Below are positions 28,531 to 43,047 of a stretch of 64,000 nt of DNA, piece after piece. The stretch comes from Octopus vulgaris (Eukaryota), in contig OX597824.1 of assembly GCA_951406725.2 (NCBI GenBank), positions 806,001 to 870,000 of the forward strand. The letters run 5' to 3'. Position 1 is the first letter of the stretch, and each line of letters begins with the position of its first letter. Under the pieces are notes generated by a model, which was given only the letters and a program-made list of their open reading frames with translations, was not told the origin of the DNA and searched no databases. A program made the position numbers and the translations under genes.

Positions 28531-28694
28531 TATATGTATATATATATATATCATATATATGATATATATATATATATATATGGATCATATATATTTAAAT
28601 AACGAGGGAGATGAATTGAATATTAATTTAATTAACATCAATTTAAAACCAGTAGCCTAGCATACAAAAATCTGAAAAATCAGAGAAAAGTTTA

Positions 28695-28846
28695 ATACAT
28701 GTGTATATTCAAAGGGCAAGACCGCAAGGTAGTCGGCAGTATGCTAGAAATAGATCACCAACGATCAAACTTTTGATCGTTGGTGATCTATTTCTAGCAT
28801 ACGGTCGACTACCTAGCGGTCTTGCCCTTTGAATATACACATGTAT
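28695..28846. repeat. Near-perfect 152-bp palindrome
   Basis: ATACATGTGTATATTCAAAGGGCAAGACCGC...GATCAAA-CT-TTTGATC...GCGGTCTTGCCCTTTGAATATACACATGTAT, with few mismatches. Confidence 0.9.
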
Positions 28847-29303
28847 GGATCATATATATATATATGATATGTATATATATCATATATGTATACACACACA
28901 CCCATGCACACACAAACACACATATATATGTATATGTATAGTGTTAATCTGCTTTTATAAAGTGTATAGAAGTGGAGTTTAAATAGAGAGAATAAGAATA
29001 TTATAAACTCTAAGAATATATTATGTAAATTCTTGGCAGATCTGAAGCAAAAACGGAATAATACATAGAAGAAAAAAATATTTTAATAACTTTTGAAAAA
29101 GCGAAGCCGTGAACCTGAGGGTGAGAAAAAATACGGAGACAATACAAGAAACTGGCTTATATAAACGAGTGCAGCGGAGGAGAAAAACATAAATGTAAGG
29201 ATGTGTGTGTAAAAGGCAATTCTTTCTACACACAATTGGAAGGAGGCAAATACATGTTTACAGTAAAAATGATGTTAAGTATAAAAAGTATAAACGTAAA
29301 GGA

Positions 29304-29347
<44 letters not shown>

Positions 29348-29353
29348 TATATG

Positions 29354-29389
<36 letters not shown>

Positions 29390-29444
29390 TGCATATATGT
29401 ATATACATATATATGCATACATACATACATATACATATATGTAC

Positions 29445-29475
<31 letters not shown>

Positions 29476-29487
29476 CATACATATACA

Positions 29488-29528
<41 letters not shown>

Positions 29529-29658
29529 GTATGTATATATATGTATATATGTATATATATATGTATATATGTATATATATATATATATATATGTATATTT
29601 AAAATGTAAAATTTCTATTTGTAAATATCTGAAGGAGAGACATTCAGTAATAGTACTC

Positions 29659-30067
29659 TAGAGTAAAGATTATTCGCTAACATAACTTAGCAGTCTTGGT
29701 TTAGGACGAGTGTTACTGTTACTTAGCTCCAGGAAACATCGTCTCCAGTTGGCTATAGGACACATTATCTATGTCCTTATATTTTTGAACAAGGGAGTTT
29801 GAAAACTATATATTTCGAACAAGAATTTAGCAGTGCCACCTCTATCCAAACAGTTATTCTGTGCTGATGAAGGGAAATAACCCCCAAATCACGATATACA
29901 GATATCGTTTTGTGCTGAGTGGGGATGCTAAACTTCCTTCGAAAATATAAGAACACAGATAATGTGTCGTATAGTCAGCTGGAGACAATGTTTTTAGGGT
30001 CTAAATAACAGTAACATTCGTCCTAAATCAGGACAGCTACGTTATGTTGGCAAATAATCTTTACTAT
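29659..30067. repeat. Diverged inverted repeat (about 140-bp arms) element
   Basis: 29659-29800 is the reverse complement of about 29930-30067, with scattered mismatches. Confidence 0.85.
29858..29902 (+). ncRNA. Hammerhead motif with G12 mutated, between long inverted repeats
   Basis: UCUGUG-CUGAUGA-A-GGG-AAAUAA-CCCC-CAAA-UC-AC-GA-UA-UACAGA. Confidence 0.6.
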
Positions 30068-30088
30068 ATAGATGTATATATACATATA

Positions 30089-30129
<41 letters not shown>

Positions 30130-30131
<2 letters not shown>

Positions 30132-30540
30132 TTTTATTGTTTTACTCGTTTCAGCCATGCAGCTGCGGTCATGCTGGAGCACCACCATGGACTTTCTGAT
30201 TTCCCCAGTCTGGGGTGATTCACATTAGCACTCCTGTATGTGCCTTTGCCCCAGCTGTTGGCCCATCTGGTGTATAAATGTGTTTGATTCTGCTGCCCTC
30301 GTCTTTGCTTCATGTCAGGCTGTTGGTTCATCCGGTATTGTGGAGAGGAAGATGTCTAGTTCCCTTTTGAAGACATCTAATACTACCTTATGCAGATTTC
30401 TTAATTTTTGTGGCTGGGCATTGAAGAGATGTGGGCCGTTGAACCCTAGACTATTGCAGTATTTGGTCCTGAATTTAGATGGAGTGGATGATACTTTTGG
30501 TACAATACAATGGCGGCCACTTCTGGCATATGTATAACAG
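30130..30540 (-). mobile_element. 3' fragment of a related CR1/L2-like LINE
   Basis: Reverse strand reads ...FNGPHLFNA...DVFKRELDIFLSTIPDEP. Tail GGTGCTCCAGCATGACCGCAG...GCTGAAACGAGTAAAAC. Confidence 0.75.
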
Positions 30541-30553
30541 TCAATATATTTAA

Positions 30554-30658
<105 letters not shown>

Positions 30659-31077
30659 AATGTCTGTCTGTGTGTCTGTGTGTCTGTGTGTCTGTCTGTT
30701 TGTCTATATAAGAACCAGCTTTCGAGGTGTAGGAAGGAATTTAGCTTCAAGCAATCCGTAGTAAATATAAAAATAACTTTCAGGGATAATAATGTTCTTT
30801 TGAGACGGAAGGTTGTGGATTTTTTCGTATCGAAGTACGATTCTCTGTAAAAGTTCTTTTAATATTTCACGGTTAATATTACAAGGTTGCCGGGTGTGCG
30901 ATCGAATCTTCCATGTGCTAACATGTTCTTCCTTGCGACAATGTAAACTTTCATTTAATATCCTCAGTCTGAAGAGTAGCCTGCAGTACACATATCTTTC
31001 GAGGTTTACCATTTCCAAGGTTCCGCTCGTTGTGAAACATATTAGCACGGATCTTATCAACTCCATTCCTTAACTCT

Positions 31078-31135
<58 letters not shown>

Positions 31136-31192
31136 CATACAGACTCATTTTACACCTATTTACATATATATTCATATCTAACTATCTATCTC

Positions 31193-31244
<52 letters not shown>

Positions 31245-32021
31245 ATATTTAAATAAGAGATACTAGTAGTATCTCTTATCATGGAAAGACGATAAAACCG
31301 GTAGATTTATATAATGTGCTTTAGGTATAAACCTGCGAAAACATCGTGTTCCCATGGTATGAAACTATTAGCAGGTCTTATTCATATATTGTGTAGATTA
31401 AATAATATTTATCTCTCTGTGGATGGAGTACTTCTTTATTGATATTACCTATAATGGAACGGTAAACTATATGTATATATATATATATGCTTATTTATAG
31501 ATATATACCTCTATATAATTGCATCTATGTCGAATCATGTAGACAAATAAACATATAATGGTACAAGCAGACAATGTGTTTAATATATTGAAAAACCTAT
31601 ATATTCATACACATGTATGCTCAGAAAAGAAAAGAAAAAAGACCAACAGCCGCAAACCAAACGAAGCAAATCCTCGATCTCTACATTAAAATCGCGTGTC
31701 TAGCAAACCAGGTCGTGCGTAAAATTCAGACGCGAATATTTTGAAGAATATGTTTAACAGATTTTTTTCAAACTACATTTCCAAAACACATTTTCCCTCC
31801 TCCCCACCATCACTAACCCCGGTCTCCCAACGCCATATATATATAGATATCGCGTCTATTCACATTTTTGTTCAATTCTTTCAGCTGGTTTTTTCCCATT
31901 AAATCTGACTTCTATTTGTCTTTCTATTTCCAGCTTTATTTCTCTCTCTCGCTCTCTCTCTCTCTCTCCCCCTCTTCCACAGTCTATTTATATCACTCTG
32001 TTTCTCTCTCTGCTTCCTCCT

Positions 32022-32156
32022 TTCTTCTTCTTCTTCTTCTTCTTCTTCTTCTTCTTCTTCTTCTTCTTCTTCTTCTTCTTCTTCTTCTTCTTCTTCTTCT
32101 TCTTCTTCTTCTTCTTCTTCTTCTTCTTCTTCTTCTTCTTCTTCTTCTTCTTCTTC
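32022..32156. repeat. (TTC)n microsatellite
   Basis: Pure TTC run. A second run lies at about 37885-38003. Confidence 0.97.
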
Positions 32157-32414
32157 CCAACTTTACTATTGTTCAAACATTAACCCATTCCATTCCTTCT
32201 ATTCCTCCTGGGCCTCTTTACAGCTTTTAGGCATTTCTTCTGTTCCACTTTAATAACACAACTTTCTCTTATCCTCATCCATTGAGATTAATATTGTTAC
32301 ATATAAATTATTTTAGTTTCATATGAAGAGCTACAAGATTGGTCATTATGTAAGGCTACCATGAATAATATACACCTATTCTACTGTCCGTCCCACTTGC
32401 CCTTTCTTTCATCT

Positions 32415-32436
32415 CATATATATATACATACACACA

Positions 32437-32472
<36 letters not shown>

Positions 32473-33111
32473 TATGTGTGTGTATGTGTATATATATATA
32501 TGTATGTATCTCTATATATGTGTGTGTGTATATTTATATATGTATATATATGTATATATGTATATATATATAATATATGTATATATATGTATATATGTAT
32601 GTATATATATATATAAATATTTATATATATATGTATATATATTTATGTATATGTATATATATGTATATATATGTATATATGTATGTAAATATTTATATAT
32701 ATGTATGTAAATATATATATTTATAAATATACATACGATTATATATATGCGTATGTTTGTATGCATGTATATATATATAAATTTATAGGCTGATGCGCAT
32801 GCGCCCGCGCACACACATATTTACCCATACACATTCACAGAGGCCAATCACAATGGAAAGCACAATCCCTTAGGTAGCCCACAACAAATAATGGATTCCC
32901 AGTGAACTGGTTCCTTCATTTCATTATTGTTGTTCTTTTTCCATTCCTCTCATGCAGACGAAAGAATTGGTCGTTCCAAGAATTAAATAAACTCTTTTAT
33001 TTTATTAGTTTCATTGTTTGACTGCTTTTGTACTCTGAGTACAATGTTGCCAGGTAGCATGCACTTACCATAATAAACCAGTACTTCTGAGGCACGGAAT
33101 AATAGTAACTT

Positions 33112-33162
<51 letters not shown>

Positions 33163-33213
33163 ATATATAAATATGTGTATATATATACACATATATGTAT
33201 GTATATATGTATA

Positions 33214-33260
<47 letters not shown>

Positions 33261-33455
33261 GTATATATGTATATGCATATATGTATATGTATATATATAT
33301 ATGTATATATGTATATGCATATATGTATATGTATATATGTATATGTATATATATGTATATATGTATATGTATATATGTATATATGTATATGTATATATAT
33401 ATATGTGTGTATATGTATGTATATATATATGTATATATATATATATGCATATATA

Positions 33456-33511
<56 letters not shown>

Positions 33512-33549
33512 CATATGTATGCATATGTATAAAAATATACATGTTCTTA

Positions 33550-33580
<31 letters not shown>

Positions 33581-33627
33581 TCTGTATATGTATATACTGT
33601 ATATATATATTTGTGTGTGTGTGTGTG

Positions 33628-33680
<53 letters not shown>

Positions 33681-33715
33681 TGTGCCTATATACTTATGTG
33701 TATACACACACACAC
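32415..33715. repeat. Extensive (TA)n/(TATG)n/(TG)n low-complexity region, representative of many such tracts across the window
   Basis: Direct inspection. Such tracts produce the [12 protein letters not shown] ORFs. Confidence 0.95.
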
Positions 33716-34261
33716 ACCTATATCACCATCATCATCATTATTGACGAACTAGTGTGTTTACCATATTCCCAGCAACCGAAGGCGCAGAATCGAAAGAGTT
33801 TTTTTTCTCTTCCAGTTGCATTGAAATACTTTACAGAATGGAATCAATGGATGTCTATTCAAAGCGAGATGCAGAGAATGTCAGGCACTGCTTCGCTTTC
33901 TCTCCCAAAGATGGATAATTATACACCTGCACCCTTTAAGCTCCCGACTACTATGTCATTAGCGAAGCTTTCGTCTAACGAAAGAATTGTCCCTAATTTT
34001 CGCTTCAACCTGAATAGTCTTGCATATTCTTATTGTTTAATGTCCTGGCAGACTCTAATTAAACACATCTATGATATGACGCAATACGATTTCGAGTGTG
34101 ACCATCACGTCTCCGTCTTCGCACTCCATACAAAAGAAAATTAAATATTAGTTTATTTAGGACAGCACGTTACTGAGTGTGTCATTCTATTTTAAGATTG
34201 CAAGTGGTTTGAAGGAAGGCTGCTTGCTTTCCCTGGCTGGTCGACTCAGAGACATGTTTCC

Positions 34262-34548
<287 letters not shown>

Positions 34549-34811
34549 GGGCTTTAAAAGGGCGCGTTTTTTTTTTACCTAGCCTTCTAAGAGTCAAGAT
34601 ACATACACGAATCCACATACGTACATATATATGTGCATACACACATATACATTATATATGCTTATATGTGCATACACACATATACATTATATATGCTTAG
34701 ACACAATTATATTCAAACACGCATACATGCATACATACACACATACATAAACACACACACATACATACATACATACATACATACACACACACATACATAC
34801 ATACATACATA

Positions 34812-34970
34812 CATAGGAGCATCCGTCTTTCACAACAACAAGGGTCCCAGCTGATACGATCAACGGGAAATAAAGTGTCTTGCTCAAGGACACAACGCAT
34901 CGCCGAGAATTGAACTCACGACCTTATAATCGGGAGCCGAATACCCTAACCAATAAGTCACGCGCCTTCA
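34812..34970 (-). mobile_element. tRNA/CORE-type SINE fragment
   Basis: Reverse strand GTGAAGGCGCGTGACTTATTGGTTAGGG...GAGTTCAATTC...TGTGTCCTTGAGCAAGACAC. A relative lies at about 46912-47292 (+). Confidence 0.72.
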
Positions 34971-35788
34971 CACATACATACATACATACATACATACATA
35001 CATACATACATACACATACACATACACACACGCATACATACATACACACATGCATACATACATACATACACACACATACACACACACATACATACATATA
35101 GACAGACATACATTTGCGTTGATCCTTCCCCAAAAGCTTAAGCTAGAATCTCATGAAGAACTTAGTATAATTCGTTTTTCATCTAAAAGAATTGGCTAAT
35201 GTTGATTCGAACATTATTCAATTTTGAACAGATATACTCCAGTATGGTCTTAGTAAATTCCGGTTTTTACCAACGTAGATGAAACACATATACATGAGGA
35301 GAGGGTTATGAGGTAAGTATGTTTGATTTATAAGGTGTAAAACAGAAAATAGACAATAAATCAGAGAACTATACGTGAGTCGTTACTATAAGTTACCGTG
35401 ATATAAAAAGGTGTTACTAAGTGTCATAAGATAAAAATAAGTATTTTGTTTATTGTGTGAAGATGAGTATATCAAATGGGATATATCATCGTATTGTATT
35501 TGATGGCATAAAAGATGCACGGGCACATTTGATGCCTACCAGTTTCAACAGCACATATTCAGCGCCAGGGAAAATATTAACTCGTGGAAGGCTCATATTC
35601 GCATATAGGTCCTGAGGTGACTCTCTGAGATATTTTTTCCCCAGAAAAACATCGAAGTGCATCATGTTTGCCATTAAAGACGGTCACGTGTTTCACATGT
35701 TTGAACTGCTCTGACGAATGTCGTTGTTTTATCTCAACTCATGCAGATCTTCCATTACTACACCTATCCATCCATCCATCCACCCATC

Positions 35789-35852
<64 letters not shown>

Positions 35853-36278
35853 ACAATTTCTACACACACACAAATACACACAAAAACACATATGTATGCA
35901 TGTATGTATGTATGTAAGTATGTACGTACGTATGTATGTATGTATGTATGTATGTATGTATGTATGTATGTATGTATGTATGTATCTACCTATTTATTTA
36001 TTTACGTACATGTACATATTTTTGAAAAAATGAGTAGAGATGACTTTTTTTGGATAATTTTTTTTTAATAATAATAATGATGTTTACAAAAAGGGACACT
36101 GGTACGAATTTCGAGCTTCAAACTGAAGCCATTTTCAAACTGAAAATGTGTTTTACTGTTTGGTTAAATAGCAAGAAATGTTTCCTTAAACCATAAAAAA
36201 AACATACACAAAAAAAGGAAAATATATAAAAATATTTGTGTGTGTACGTATGTATGTATGCATGAAAGTATGTGTATG

Positions 36279-36325
<47 letters not shown>

Positions 36326-37484
36326 GCATATGTATGTGTGTGTGTGAGTGTATATATATCTGTGTGTGGGTGTAATATTTTCCCTTCCGTTTCTATAGAA
36401 CAGTATGTGGTTTGGATTCTCAGCTGCTATGCAAATGAAATAGAATAACATTTTTGCACAGAAATATTTCCCACAAAGAACAATGGAACTCCGAAATTGC
36501 GAATACAAGTCATATTTCTCACGTTAACTGTAACAAACTATGGTGCTTTTTTGTACATAATATAATTCGGTAACTCTTTTCATCTTGGAATTTGGTGGCA
36601 TTGAAATATCTACGCAGATTTTGGTAATTGGCTGAAAGTTGGGCTTTATTGGCAGATCGGTTCCTTCATAGAACTAAAAGGTATAAAATGGCTGGCTGTC
36701 AAGGATTAAATAAGTTTGTAGCATATATATAATTTTAAATAATTATATAAGGATTAAATATATTTATAAGATCTATATAAGGATTAAATAAGTTTGTAGC
36801 ATTGTTGCAAGTAATTCTTTTTAGTTAATTAAGTGGGTAATCTACATAAGAGATTTACTTTGAACTAGGTTTGAAATCAGAGTTAGGTGCCTACTTAGCT
36901 ATCGAAAGTAACATTCTTACCGAGAGAGCAATATACCTACTTAAAGACAATATTTTCTTAGAATTAAGTACCCTACTTAAAATTAGGCACCTATCGAAAG
37001 TCCGACACTTAATGTTTGGTAACTACATAGAACTAAATATCGACGAAGGCGTAGATACATAAAATTAAAGACCGGTAAAATACTTATAACTAGGCAATTA
37101 TCTAGGCCTAAATGCCTAATTAAAGATATGGAATTAAACTGTGAAGCTTAATAAGGGAATGTTTCCAAGATATCTAATTAAAGATAATTACTTGCACTAC
37201 GTATTTATATGACCTCGATGCTTATTTAGTGCTAGGAAACCATGTTATAGATTTCAGAAACAGACATAATGATGAATATCTTCTTCGACTTAAGTGAGAT
37301 TGAAATCTTGTTGAAGGGGGTTTCAGTGTCATTGTCCTATCGACTAGGAATAATATGCAAGTCTCCCTAAATCATCTTCGACCGTTTTAACCCTTTCGTT
37401 ACTATATTTCGGTTGAAATACAGTCCTTTCGTATCATAATTTTGGGAAAAAAAATAGAGAATTTTGTAAAATTACTTTTATGCA

Positions 37485-37690
37485 AAGCAGAGAGCAGGCA
37501 GAAATGTTGGGACGTGAGACAAAATATAAATTTTCTTAATCATTACTTTCTGAGTTCCAATTCCACTGGGGTTAGCTTTGAATTTCATCATTTCGGGGGC
37601 GATAGAATAAAGTACCAATAAGATATTGGGCTCCATGCAGTCAACTTGCTCTTCTTCTTAAAATTACTGGAATCGTGGCAAAATTACAGA

Positions 37691-37752
<62 letters not shown>

Positions 37753-37973
37753 CATTATTATTGTCGACTTTGCCTTTCATCCTTTTGGGGTCGATAAAAT
37801 GAGTAAGAGTTGAACACTGGAGTCGATGTAATCGACCAACCACCTCCCCTCACAATTCAGGCCTTGTATCTATAGTGGAAAGGATTCTTCTTCTTCTTCT
37901 TCTTCTTCTTCTTCTTCTTCTTCTTCTTCTTCTTCTTCTTCTTCTTCTTCTTCTTCTTCTTCTTCTTCTTCTT

Positions 37974-38004
<31 letters not shown>

Positions 38005-38562
38005 GCGATATTCGCCCGTCTTTATGTTCTGTGTTCAAATTCCGCTGAAGTCGACTTTGCCTTTCATATTTTCGGAGTCGATAAAATAAGTACCAGTTAA
38101 GTACCCACTGCCCCGAAATTGCTGGCCTTGTGCCAAAACCTGAAACCATTATTATCATCATATTTCATTTCATGTAAATAACCGGTTCTTTTCGATCATA
38201 AGCTTTTCGTTTATTTCTATCTGGAAACTTTCAAAAGTTTTCGCCATGGAAAACGTAGATTGTTATAGGAATTATCTCTTAATTATAGGAATTATCTCTT
38301 AATCCATACTTCTTCGAAATACAAATCAACAAGTGAAGTCAGGTTTTAAACGTTCGCTTCGCCTGCTAGAAACAGCAGCCACAGCTCCATCATATTACAC
38401 CTGATCGTTTTGGACCGCGATTTCAAATTCCGTTGCGGTCACCTCTGACTTTTATTCTTTCGGGGTCGATAAGTAAGAGTCAGTTGAGCGCTAGGGTTGA
38501 TGGAATCGACTTAACATCTCCTTTAACATTACTGGCCTTGTGTCAATGTTTGAAACCATTAT
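37485..38562 (+). mobile_element. Cluster of four partial 43048-type SINEs with (ATT)n and (TTC)n tails
   Basis: Repeated GTCGACTTTGCCTTTCATC...GTCGATAAAAT..GTACCAG...GGCCTTGTG blocks. Confidence 0.8.
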
Positions 38563-39387
38563 TAAGCTGATGTTTCGAACGAATTAACAATGAAGGAAGA
38601 TTTTAATTTACTTAAATTTGAATGAAACAATCTCTGTCATAGAGTCAAGAACGGTCTCAGCGCAGGATTATATTATGGCTGCATCACATGAGTTGGGATC
38701 AGATATAGGATGCCTGAGAAAAACAGAAAAATTAAATGGGAAAACCTGGTGCTTATCACATGAAGTCTTTTAATCTTAAGTCTTGGTGCCACCCTGGCCA
38801 ACCTCGGGTGAAAAATAACGAATCGTGTATGTGCACAGAAACGATGCAATGAGAGTAACGACAGTATACGAACTTCCATCCGTGGCTGCTTCTACGGTCT
38901 TGAAATCAATGAAAATAAACCTTTACAGAAAAGCTTATAGAAGCAGAAATTGGAAAATAAGCACTGACAATTTGAATTGAATGTTCAGTTATTTAGCAAC
39001 CGTTTAAAGAATGCCACAGACAAAGCTATAAAGAGAAAGACAGCAGCAAGACGCTATATGACTTGCTTTAATTGACTGAATTAATCTTTAATGCCGCTGC
39101 CGGAATGAATGAAGGTTTCTCAATGTGAAAACATTTCTTTAACGTAATTAAATGTTTTTTGCTCGTGTCCATCATTGCAGATTATCAATTTGATTTGCTC
39201 TCTTTGGTGCGCATTGAAATGTCGCTATGATTCAAATGTCGATCCACACACACACATCACGTTTGAATGTCGATATGTATATATATCAATACATACACAC
39301 ACATATGTACATAGATTTATATATGTGTGTATATATATGAATATGAATATTCCCTTCTGTATATATATTTGTGCATATGTACTTGTT

Positions 39388-39422
<35 letters not shown>

Positions 39423-39919
39423 GGCATTATTCAGTTTTATTTCAGTATTTCTTACCAAAAAAGAGCCGGTTTCTATGTATGCATGTGTGTATGTATGAAT
39501 GTGTATGCGTATATGTGTGTCTGTGTGTACGCGTGTTTTTCGCTTTATATTTTGTAATTTTCCATGGGTTAAGATGAAGGCCAACACATGACAGATACAT
39601 AGAGAAACGTTTGCCTCATAACACCCTGGGGTGGTTGAATTACCGATGCATAACCAGTTTATTCTATTTTGCTATTGAATTGTTTCTTCAAGTTTCTTTA
39701 AACGCTGCAGAATAAAAGGAAAAGCACGCGCATGCGCTAGCTTGTGTGGGGGATATGTGTGAGGAAGAGAGAGAGAGAGAGAGAAAGAGAAAGAGAAAGA
39801 GTGGGGGTGAGTGACAAAGAAATAGAGAAATAAACAGCACGGATGTGATGTTCACAATAATTATGAATATGGCTTATGGCATAATGGTTAAGAACGCGGG
39901 CTACTAACCCCAAGATTCC

Positions 39920-41010
39920 TGTTTGTTTGGCAGCCTGCCATTTGCAAGAAAGCTGAGGATTGCTGGGAAACCATCAGGACCAGCAGTTGACTTGCAGCTC
40001 ACCTCATTTATGGCCAGTAGTATATCACCTTCACTAATATCGATGTAATCCATCGTAACTGCTTCGCTGGTTATAAGAGAGGCCGCAAAAAAAAAAAAAA
40101 TCCACCGGTTCGTTCACTTTTCTGTGTTCCAGCGGGGTGGTAGAAACACTTTTGAACTGGTCCTGATTGGGCTATCTGTGAGGGAGCCATCATTTGGAAG
40201 AGGGGTCCTATTTTGCAGCGTACTGAGGCTGTTTCTTTCGCGTAATGAAAGAAGGCCTTTGGGTTTACTTAATGTTTTTTATAACCCAGGCTTGTTGCAA
40301 GCTTTTTTTCAATCTTCATCAGTGTTGTTTTTAGGCGGGTCTTTCACTACTTTTAGAATGTTGGTTGAAGCGATTTGCAACCTTTGTCCGTTATCTCATG
40401 AGGATCTTCCTCTACCTTGGAATCTTGTTCCATTTTGAGTTAGCCTCTGGGACATATTCTTGGCATATCGCTTGCATAATAGACATGAAATATTCTAGTT
40501 TATCCATTTCGGCCAGTCATGTCTGAGGATCACTTTTTGGATCGATTTCCAGTCTGCTTTGTGGAAGTTCAGATTGGAGAGATTTTGAGTGCTTCCTTTA
40601 GGCTACATGTCTCTGGTTACTTTCGGTTCATACACAAACAGCTCTATTACGTTACGATCCGAAACTAATGTCGGCGTCACTTTCACATCATGAGTGATGT
40701 CCATATTGTTTGTGAAGTAGAGATCCAAAATTTAATTCGCCCTAGTTGGTCTGAGCACAACTTGCTCCATGAATAGGGCATTGGTGAGGTTGAGCGGGGA
40801 CTCCACCTGTGCTTGTTTGCAATGAGTCATTCCTGTGAGTATGAACCGTCGGGCCATTTGATGTTGGAGAAGTTGAAATTACCCATAAGAAACACGCTCC
40901 AGTTTCATGAGGATTTCTGTTATTCTTGTGAGGCGATCTACAAACTTGCCTCTGTGGTTTGGAGCATCCTGTGGGCGATATGTATTGCATGTGACTATAT
41001 TGTGTTGTCT
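39920..41010 (-). mobile_element. CR1/L2-like LINE ORF2 fragment (end of APE endonuclease to start of RT), decayed
   Basis: Reverse strand has LDLYFTNNMDITHDVKVTPTLVSD and GDILLAINEVSCKSTAGPDGFPAIL, homologous to 26800-26890. Confidence 0.8.
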
Positions 41011-41079
41011 TATGTATACAATTAGAGTATCACATATTGAATTTGGTACTTATTTAATCGACCCCGAAAGGATGAAATA

Positions 41080-41312
41080 CCTATTTCTTTACTAACTCCA
41101 AGGGGCTACACACAGAGAGGACAAACAAGGAGAGACAAACGGATTAAGTCGATTATATCGACCCCAGTGCGTAACTGGTACTTAATTTATCGATCCCGAA
41201 AGGATGAAAGGCAAAGTCGACCTCGGCGGAATTTGAACTCAGAACGTATCGGCAGACAAAATACCACTAAACATTTCGCCTGGCGTGCTAACGTTTCTGC
41301 CAGCTCGCCGCC
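41080..41312 (-). mobile_element. 43048-type SINE
   Basis: Reverse complement of the 43048-43275 family sequence. Confidence 0.88.
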
Positions 41313-42124
41313 CCCATTCCCTTATACATTAAAGTATCCCAGTTTTAAGGTTTAAGTTTATTTATTTTCTTTTTTCTTTTACATAGTCCTAAAATCCCTT
41401 TCTAAATTTCAACTAAATTCGTCGTTGAGATACGCATCGCTCCCCTCAGTTTTCACTCCAACCCGTAAGGCTTGTGACCTCTTCTTGGCCCTTTTATTTG
41501 GTAATCTAAGTATATCTGACCACCCCTTCCTTTCTCACTCGAGCTATCACTTCCCTCTCTTTCTGTCATCCTCTTATTAGCAGGTCCCTGACCTGCCGTT
41601 TATGTGGATTAGGTTAGACTTTTGGCCTCAGTAAAATTAGGGGTCGGTGGGGTATCTGACATTTAATTATTTCATCACCACCAGCAGGAACTTAATTGTC
41701 AACTCTCAGTGGGTTTAATTCTCAAGAGTCGGAGACAATATGCTGCAAATAATCTTAGAAATCTAATAACGATGAACTTTCTCTCTTTTCCTCATTCTTA
41801 ACTCACACTATCCCCCTCTGCTACTATGCCATAGGAATGCATTATTTACTAAATTCCATTCTGCCACGGAAATACCAAAGAGTAACAATCTAATTATTTT
41901 GATTGCTGGTATTGATATAAGTTGCACTAAAAAAATGGTTCATTCTTTATGTTGGAAATCTACATGGTTGGCTGCGTCGGAGGAGAGCGGTTGGTTTCAT
42001 TTTGATGTAATGTTTTCATTGATCGATTTAATGGAGCCGCTTGAAACGGCCGTAAACCACTGATACCTCGAAGAAGTACTTGTTACTTATTTGCTTTATA
42101 TATATAAATATATATATATTTATT

Positions 42125-42189
<65 letters not shown>

Positions 42190-43047
42190 ATGTGTGTGTG
42201 TGTGCGTGTGTGTTCATGTGTATGCGTGAAAATAAAGTAGAATATCTGATGTAATAACAATTTATAAGATCAGATATAATCTTTAAATATTACACGAAAT
42301 ATTCAGCTTGACGACTTCCCTGAGGTAATTCCGAAAGTGAATGTCAATAATATTTTTTTTCACAAAATTCTTATTTCCTTTTCAAGTTTGACTGACGTCC
42401 ATTAATAAATAATTAAATGAAATATAAAAACGAAAAAAAAGAATTCAAACCAGTTCGTTTGCTCAGTTGAAAAGCGAGTAATTTTATTTTGAATCCGATA
42501 AATGCTGATGTGACTTAAACATAGGTCAGTTCTGATCGAGTGAACCTATGATAAATGGTAAACCAGCCGTGACCACCCAGTCTGTTTTTAATTCACAGGG
42601 AACTCCGAACCTCGTGATTCTGTGATAAAAAAAGGTCCAGCTTTATCACATCTTGTGTCACGCTGCTTCTGCCTGAGGGGGTCCATCCACGGACTTGTGG
42701 GATGTACAAGCCATGAATATACTAATTTCAGATAGTTTAGTAGATCGAGCATGTGAACATTCATCGTCGAAGTAGACGGATAACCATATATTATATTTGT
42801 AATCACGAGAGCCATTTTAAAATGGACGGTCATTCTGCAGCTAACATGGACATCACCTGGGAGATGGACATACTCCAATCAAGTCGTTCTGATCGAAGAC
42901 GGAATCTTCAATGTAATAATGTTCTACTAATTAAGGAACCCAATTTGGAGCTCTCTTAATTAACCAAATAATTTCTTCACTAACTAATTAACTAATTTAT
43001 TAGTTTTCTGTACTCAGACATTGAATTCTACGGTAAATTAGTAGATT

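Noticed and set aside
30704-31075. Possible Tc1-like DDE remnant or exon
   Set aside because: No convincing catalytic motif or TIR; left uncalled.
38640-38740. Minus-strand splice acceptor (TTTTCTGTTTTTCTCAG) suggesting an exon
   Set aside because: No recognisable coding frame or donor downstream; such tracts are common in AT-rich DNA.
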